A stretch of DNA of 63,842 nt, filler included, from Craspedostauros australis (Eukaryota): NCBI GenBank assembly GCA_030167865.1. It is 10 parts of 10 records of this genome, joined end to end, with 100 filler letters (N's around TTAATTAATTAA, not from the genome) between each part and the next. Parts side by side here need not be neighbours in the genome. Positions count along the whole stretch, not along the records: positions 55,878 to 58,305 come from JALAGF010004187.1; positions 58,406 to 62,576 come from JALAGF010004188.1; positions 62,677 to 63,842 come from JALAGF010004328.1; 7 more parts are not named here. The stretch is one strand, 5' to 3'. Under the pieces are notes generated by a model, which was given only the letters and a program-made list of their open reading frames with translations, was not told the DNA's origin and did not search any database. This document shows, piece by piece, positions 56,804 to 63,842 of the stretch. Position 1 is the first letter of the stretch, and each line of letters starts with the position of its first letter. The translations under genes were made by a program, and so were the position numbers.

Positions 56804-58414
56804 AGCTGATAACGGTGTAGTAGCGAAATAGGTTATATCAATCAATGCAGCATCACCCTTTTCACGTAGCTATGTATTTATCTTTTGTTTGATGGTAGAG
56901 TGAAGCAGAGGAGAGTACGATGCACCACACTCACTCTACAAACCGATAGCACCAGTTGTAGAGTTTTTGGCTCCTCAGTGTGGGATTTTTCGTGTTGCAT
57001 AGCCTAGCCTAGAGCAAAATTGCAATCCATCCCAAATAATGCTCATGATGCTGTATCGCAACACCACATCACTAATTATTAAAAATAAATATACCATGCG
57101 AACGCCTCACTGGCGAAGTACAGGAATACTGAACTTAAATGCAAATTAACTTACAATGTAACATCATTTTGGTGGATAACGTGTGACCGTGTGCTCCGCA
57201 AAAACTCTGGATGGTGCCATGCTGCCATCACTTCGCCATCCAAGATGATGCCCAAAATCATCTTATTTTGTCCACCTGCATGCCTTGTTGTCTCCATCTA
57301 CTCCATATGTATGCATCCCTGACAGGCATGCACGTTTAGATCTCCCTTCAATGCACATCGTCAGCCCATCGCTGAAAGGCATCATTTTTGGAAATGAAGG
57401 ATGGGTCGGAGGCAGCTGCTTCATCTGACCATATCTCCCACTCACAACCATCTCTGTTCCCCCATGCAGNNNNNNNNNNNNNNNNNNNNNNNNNNNNNNN
57501 NNNNNNNNNNNNNNNNNNNNNNNNNNNNNNNNNNNNNNNNNNNNNNNNNNNNNNNNNNNNNNNNNNNNNNNNNNNNNNNNNNNNNNNNNNNNNNNNNNNN
57601 NNNNNNNNNNNNNNNNNNNNNNNNNNNNNNNNNNNNNNNNNGATCCCCACTTCTCCACCCCATTCCTGACTTGATGTTGAACACACCTTATGTGGGTGGG
57701 TTGGCGATGTGGTGGATTTTCAGATGCACCACCACACCAGCAAAGCCATGTGTTGGGTGCTGCAGCAACCCTCGAACACCGATTGCCCTTCACTCGTTCC
57801 TCCCCATCGGCCCCTTCCAGGCAGTCCTTCAACCTCAAACCTTGTAGGAGCCTTCACCTTGATCTCTTCAATGCGTCTTGCCCATCGATGGTTGACGGAA
57901 TGGCTTGTATCGCCAATGCACAGCCCGTGCCCAACTTGCAAAATTGCCANCTTTTTACGCCCTTCGCTGTTTTCGCTCCCGCTGTCGGAAATGAGCCATG
58001 CCAATAGCGCCCTCTTGCCCATCCACCAAGATTTCCATGGCGGTTGCGTCTGTATGCTTGGATTTGGCAATGGACTGATGGTTGGTACAATGCCGTCCAT
58101 GGCTTTCGACGGTCTTTGCGGAGTCTGGTTTGTTTCCCATTGTGTTGTTGTATGGGGCGTCTTGGTGACGGTCTTTTCTTGCCCAAGTGAGTGTGGTGCA
58201 AAGCCGAGCACTCGACTCTCCACCAAAGCGAACTCTCTGCGAGTTGTGGTTGTTGTGGTGTCTGGTGGGAAACGTTGAAAGTACTGAACAAACGTTGAAA
58301 GTACTNNNNNNNNNNNNNNNNNNNNNNNNNNNNNNNNNNNNNNNNNNNNTTAATTAATTAANNNNNNNNNNNNNNNNNNNNNNNNNNNNNNNNNNNNNNN
58401 NNNNNAGAAGAAGA

Positions 58415-60289
58415 ATGGCAAACCCAAAGAAGGCCTCGAAGAAGGGGCAGACGCTGCTGAAGCTGCAGTGGAAGAAGGAGGAGAACTTCCCAGAATGGTA
58501 CTCCGATGTCATCGTCCTCAGTGAGATGATCTCCTACTACGACATCAGCGGGTGCTACATCCTGCGTCCATGGTCCTTCAAGATCTGGGAGCTCATCCAA
58601 GCTTGGTTCAACAAGGAGGTACGTTCGTTTGCTGGGTGGTGCCTGTCGAAGTCACTTGATGCGACTTTGCGGAGCGTTCGTTGGATGAGAGTCGCGTCAT
58701 GCGGAATAGTGTTGGTGTGAACTCCAATCGCTTGCTCATAGGTCCGCTACTCTTCCAAATGCACCCACTCTTTCGCTCTCTCTGTCTCTCTCCATTCCTC
58801 ATGAACGAACTCTTCAAATCAACAACGGATACGAATGAAACGGATTGATTGATTGAACGAATGAATGAATGAATGGCACGCAAATAATGCTCACCAAACG
58901 ATGCCGCACAACACACTTGCATTCATATATGTTGACGCGCAGATCGAAGAACTCGGTGTCGAGAATGCGTACTTCCCGCTGTTCGTATCGCAAGATCGTT
59001 TGGAGAAGGAGAAGGATCATGTCGCAGGATTCTCCCCAGAGGTCGCATGGGTGACAAAGAGCGGAGACACGGACCTTGCCAAGCAAATTGCCATCCGTCC
59101 AACATCCGAGACCATCATGTACCCAGCATACTCCGATTGGATCCGATCGCACAGAGACCTTCCGTTGAAGCTCAACCAATGGAGCAACGTGGTGCGATGG
59201 GAGTTCAAGGATCCAACCCCATTCCTCAGAACTCGCGAATTCCTGTGGCAGGAGGGCCACACAGCCCATGCCACCTCCGAGGAGGCCAACGACATGGTGA
59301 TGAAGGCGCTGGACTTGTACAAGCGTGTGTACCAGGATCTGCTCTGCGTCCCTGTCATCCCGGGACACAAGACCGAGAAGGAAAAGTTCGCCGGCGGTCA
59401 ATCGACCACCACCGTCGAGGCGTACATCCCCACATCGGGACGCGCCATCCAGGGTGCCACATCGCACCATCTGGGCCAGAACTTCGGAAAGATGTTCGAC
59501 ATCACCTACCAGAACGAGAAGGGCGAGTCCGACGTGGTCTGGCAGACATCGTGGGGAATCACCACGCGAACGATCGGCGTCATGATCATGGTGCACGGAG
59601 ATGACACTGGTCTGGTGATGCCACCACGCGTGTCGCCATTACAGGCGGTCATCGTGCCAATCGTCAGCAAGAAGCTGACGTTGGAGGACGCCGCTCCGTA
59701 CTGCGAGAGCATCCTCAAGGATCTCAAGTCGAAAGGCATCCGCGTCAAGTTCGACGATCGCAGCATCTACAAGCCAGGTTGGAAGTATGCCCACTGGGAG
59801 CAGAAGGGTGTCCCGATCCGCATCGAGGTCGGACCACGTGATATCGAGGGCGGCACGTGCCGTTGCGTCATCCGGTACAACCGCGACAAGATCGACATGC
59901 CGGTGGATGGATTGGGCGATGCCCTGGTGACCAAGCTGAATGAGATCCATGATGCCATGTTCACCAAGGCCAAGGAGGTCCGCGACGCTCACGTCGTCAA
60001 GGTGACCGAGTGGAAGGACTTCGTGCCCAACCTCGAGAAGCACAACCTCATCCTCACCCCGTGGATCGGCGGAGAGAACCAGGAATGGGAGGAGTGGGTG
60101 AAGAAGACCAGCCGCGAGGAGTCATTGAAGAGCCTCGGTCAGGAGGGAGAGGACGAACGCACAGCGACATCCGTGGCAGGCAAGACCCTGTGCATCCCAT
60201 TCGATCAGCCAGAGCTTCCAGCGGGCACCAAGTGCATCGCCAGTGGAGAGCTTGCGACCTGCTGGGTGCTGTGGGGACGATCCTACTAA
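58415..60289 (+). CDS. PARS: Prolyl-tRNA synthetase, eukaryote/archaea type; exons 58415-58618 and 58943-60289
   Basis: A GT..AG intron at 58619-58942 joins WFNKE to [12 protein letters not shown]. Motifs [42 protein letters not shown] and C-terminal GRSY. The start may lie upstream of the contig. Confidence 0.95.
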
Positions 60290-61591
60290 ACACATCACCG
60301 CACGAGAGATCGGTACGTTAGTTGGCATCATCGCATGGCTCGACAATGTTTGGTGCGGCGAGGCGCGGCTTGCCAACAGCAATTGCAACGGCCGATCGCA
60401 AGAGCAAGAACAGATGCTGATTGGACGACAATCTCGCAGATATACGGTCACACAACATCGTCACACAATATCGTAACAACACCTCCTTCTCTACTTCCAT
60501 TGACGCACAATGTTTCTTCTGAGAATCTTGTGTTTGATTGTCTGGAGCAAGCAAGGAACATTAGTGCCCATGTCGTCTTGTTGCGGAATGAAAGAATCAA
60601 AGCAACGAACGTTCATCCATCATCATCTCTTCGGATTGTGCCGATCGTGTTCTGTGGCCAATCGTTTGCGTGTTTGTGTCCTCGCTTTTGGATACGAGTG
60701 GCGTGTCTTCGTACTTGGAACATGATGATGAAGCGTTCTTTCTCACTCAGTCTGATCTAAGATCATCAGGGTGCTTGACTCAACATGCGGCACGGCTTTC
60801 GTGCCCACTCCTCACTTGAATCACAACTTTGGAACTCCTGTTGGTCCAAAGGCAAGCAAAAGCAGGAGCAAGAATCCCAACACCATCTTTCCATGGCAAG
60901 ATCGAGCTTGGTGCTGTGGAAGACACAGACACCGCTCTCTTGTTGTGCCAAACCACATGTTGATGTCCACCGACAACCTCCTCCTCATCTTCATCTTGAT
61001 CTTTGTCCCCAGGATCGTCCGAAGTCTCGCTGACGACTTGGCGGCAGGTGTCTCCGACATCATTGCAAGCACTCTCGGTGGCACTCCAGCAGAACTCGTG
61101 GGAAACTCCACCCTTGCAGCAGTCATAGACGACAACAGTGAATAGTGGTGACTGCTGAAGATTGCAAGACCAAGGCAAACAGAAGCAAGCGCATCTTCAA
61201 GTCAGGAAAGGCCACGATCGTAGTCAAGAGCGATGGCCCGTGCGAGTAGAGACATGATGGTAGAAGCCTTGGGTGAGCGACGAAGCTGGGGATCCTCCAA
61301 CATGATGACACTGTATGCTCTACCTATCAAATGGCAATGTTATCAATAGTAACGGAACCTCTCTAGAGAGAATCGAGCCGTTCGGAAGGCAAGTGCAGTC
61401 TCCGTCGCGGCCATGCCCTGCCACTCCGCTAGCAAGACATGATCAGATACTCAAAGCCTTGTTTGGACATACTCTTACGTATGTGCGTATGAACGTCCAA
61501 ATGTATGTGTGGTAGTCAAGATGTCTTAGTTTACCTCCATGCTGTCGACGAACAGAAGTGAGCAAGTCGATACCTGTTGGCAGCGCCCCTA

Positions 61592-62569
61592 CTAGTTCAC
61601 CTGCTCCTTCAACACGCCGGAAGCCTTGAACTTGATCCGTTGCTTCTCAGGGATCTTCATTTGGGCCATCGTCTGTGGGTTGGTGCCCATTCGCGCCTTG
61701 GATGTCTTTCTAGACAAGCTTCCGAACTTGGTGAGTCTGACAGTCCCGCCATCCACAATGGTCTTTTCATTGGTGTGATCAAGAAGCGTCGTGAGTACAG
61801 AACGGCAGAGAGAGAGAGAGAGAGAGTGGTGAGTTGTTGAGTGCAAGATGTGGCAAGGTGACTGTATCATCATCAGCAGAAGCAGCAACAGTGGTGACGC
61901 TATCTCGTCATTGGAATGACACATGCTGATGGGCGATCATCAACACAACGGTCCCAGTCAATGATCCGATTTACGCGCGAAGTCAAGTACGAGGACTCAT
62001 TGTTTGCTGCCAACAACCGATGAAGCGATGATACAATGGATCAACCACAACCACGCATGCACACAGCTGTGGAACGAGCTACCATGAGATCACATGTTCA
62101 TCCACTCGCCCAGTGCAATGCAATGCAACTCAGCCCAACCCGTCTCTGATGGATAGATGATGGATCGTGCCGTGCGAAACGAATGTGCGTGAACTGGAAG
62201 TGTAGAATCACCTCTACTCTAATATGCCACCTCCCACCAGCCTGTGTGTGCGTATACACGCATCGATACATCCATGCATCTGCGCTTGTTGCGCTGACTG
62301 AGGTTCCTTACTTGTGTCATGAAGTCAACGATGGAATCCACAATCCGCTTCGACTTTGCCTTGGAGAGTTCGTGTTCGGCGGCAACATGTTCAGCGATAT
62401 TGATCTTGGTGATGAGATTGCTCTTGGACTTCGATTTGGCTGCCATGAGCACGCTCTGCGTGCTGGAGAAGGGCCGCGCCATGGCCATCTTCATTGCGCT
62501 TGCGCTTGCTGCGCCATGCTGCATCTGCAACCGCCGCAGCACCATTCGAGACGAAGAAGACATCATCAT
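61592..62569 (-). CDS. Bacterial-type histone-like protein HU with N-terminal organellar presequence; exons 62569-62312 and 61762-61592
   Basis: A GTAAGG..AAG intron joins ITKINIAEHVAAEHELSKAKSKRIVDSIVDFMTQ to TIVDGGTVRLTKFGSL..KARMGTNPQT..KIP..IKFKAS..LKEQVN, the HU/IHF signature. Confidence 0.88.
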
Positions 62570-62676
62570 GTTGCGTNNNNNNNNNNNNNNNNNNNNNNNN
62601 NNNNNNNNNNNNNNNNNNNNTTAATTAATTAANNNNNNNNNNNNNNNNNNNNNNNNNNNNNNNNNNNNNNNNNNNN

Positions 62677-63842
62677 AAGTGTAGTCCTGATGGCCCTGCG
62701 GAGGTATCTTCCTTGGCCTTCTTCCATCCTTGCTGGAATTCATCGGTTGTCATTCCTGCTGGGATTTGCTGTTTGGCCACCGATTTCAGCCCTTGCAGTA
62801 ATCTCTTTGCTCCTTCGTCGACCCATGACTTCGGTTGATAGTCTCCCTTCAGCGTTCTGTCGGCCGCCTCGGTTACTCCTAGATACCCGAATTCCTTCGC
62901 CAGTGTGCCGTGCATGAATGGCGTTTCCTCCGTTTGCCGGAACCTCCTTTTGTTCTCTTCCATACATCCTTTCTCGATCTCCTCCTTGCCCGTCCGCTCT
63001 ACCCAATTTCCTTGGCCGTCCGGGGCTATCACCATTGATATGCCTGCCGCTGTATTGCTTCCTGTGGCTGTTCTGATCCTTTTGTACGTTGCCCTCACTC
63101 TCTCTTTCTTGCGTAGCTGTCGTAGTTGCTGCTCTGTCGCCTCCGTTTCACTCTTCTCTGTGTTCGGTTGTTGTTGTAGCCCCGCTCTCCCTCTTGCTAT
63201 CGCTAACCCTTCCAGCCAGTTCTCTCTTGCCTTCGTAGCTCTTGTTCGGAACGTTCGTAGTGCCTCGTACGCCGCTTGTTGTTCCTTCGTCAAGTCCTCA
63301 TCGTTCACTCGCATCAGTTCCTTCACTTGTCTGTCTTCGTGAGCTCGCTTCGCAAGCCGTACGATAGTGGTGGACGAAATGTTGGCTCCTTTCCTTTTTC
63401 TGACGATGTTGTTCCACATGCCTATCCGGGCTTCGACAGCCTTATACTCCCTGGAATACGGGATTCCTCCCATTCTCAACCTTCGACAAGCTTTGTCGGC
63501 TTTCCAAATCCCTTCTATTCTGATTCGATCCAACCGTTCTGCTTCTTTCTCCATGTCCGTCGTCCATTCTGTTGCTGCTTGTCGTTCCAATCGGAATGCT
63601 CTCCTCCTTGCTTTGTGCAGTTTCAGATGCTTTGCGTAGGCAATGTTGAATCTATCGACGATCCTTGGGTCTTCCGTCTTCACTCGCCTTGTCACTGCTT
63701 TCCTCAGCTTCGCCATTGATTGTCCCAGCACTGCCTCCATGCTTATGTCTATCCACAGGCATCGGTGGTCTGCCTGTCGCATTTGTATTCCTTCATCCCA
63801 GTTGCTCATTCCGGCTCCTTCCACTTTCACGGCTGCGGTTGC
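62677..63842 (-). mobile_element. Fragment of a third Ambal-like LINE ORF2 (APE end to pre-RT), close relative of 49027-52941
   Basis: Shared blocks ADH.CLWI, RRVKTEDPRIV, GCMEENKRRFRQTEETPFMHG and AKEDTSAGPS. Confidence 0.92.

Noticed and set aside
60766..61311. Short ORFs between ProRS and HU
   Set aside because: Signal-like and Cys-containing pieces lie in different frames with no recognisable family; possibly a relic, but not supportable.

Overview
Eukaryotic nuclear DNA, most likely from a diatom, judged from the CoDi-type copia element, Ambal-type LINEs, a plastid fibrillin and an RXL-type propeptide protein. The window is not one locus. It is 10 contigs joined by artificial 100-nt spacers (44 N + TTAATTAATTAA + 44 N), so adjacency across spacers means nothing. 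About 55% is retroelement: (i) a full-length Ty1/copia element (170-bp LTRs, 5-bp TSD, apparent half-tRNA-Lys primer site) interrupted by an 8.4-kb APE-RT-RNaseH LINE with a 16-bp TSD; (ii) two near-identical contigs of a tyrosine-recombinase (DIRS-like) retrotransposon; (iii) two more LINE copies from a related family. Host genes are a fibrillin, an SPF45/DRT111-like N-terminus, a multi-TM protein, RRP3/DDX47, tRNA-Asn(GTT), a secreted transglutaminase-like protein, a hotdog thioesterase with a decayed paralog, a P-loop (Crinkler-like?) protein, prolyl-tRNA synthetase and a presequence-bearing bacterial-type HU. The best candidate for an undescribed system is the YR retrotransposon. Its RT is fused to an apparently catalytically dead cytosine-5 DNA-methyltransferase fold, and its ORF1 carries an RNase H1-type hybrid-binding domain. 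Its recombinase ORF lacks a usable AUG but lies behind a textbook splice acceptor in phase with a strong donor in ORF1, which predicts a spliced hybrid-binding-domain/recombinase fusion. All family assignments come from motif recognition by eye; no searches were run.
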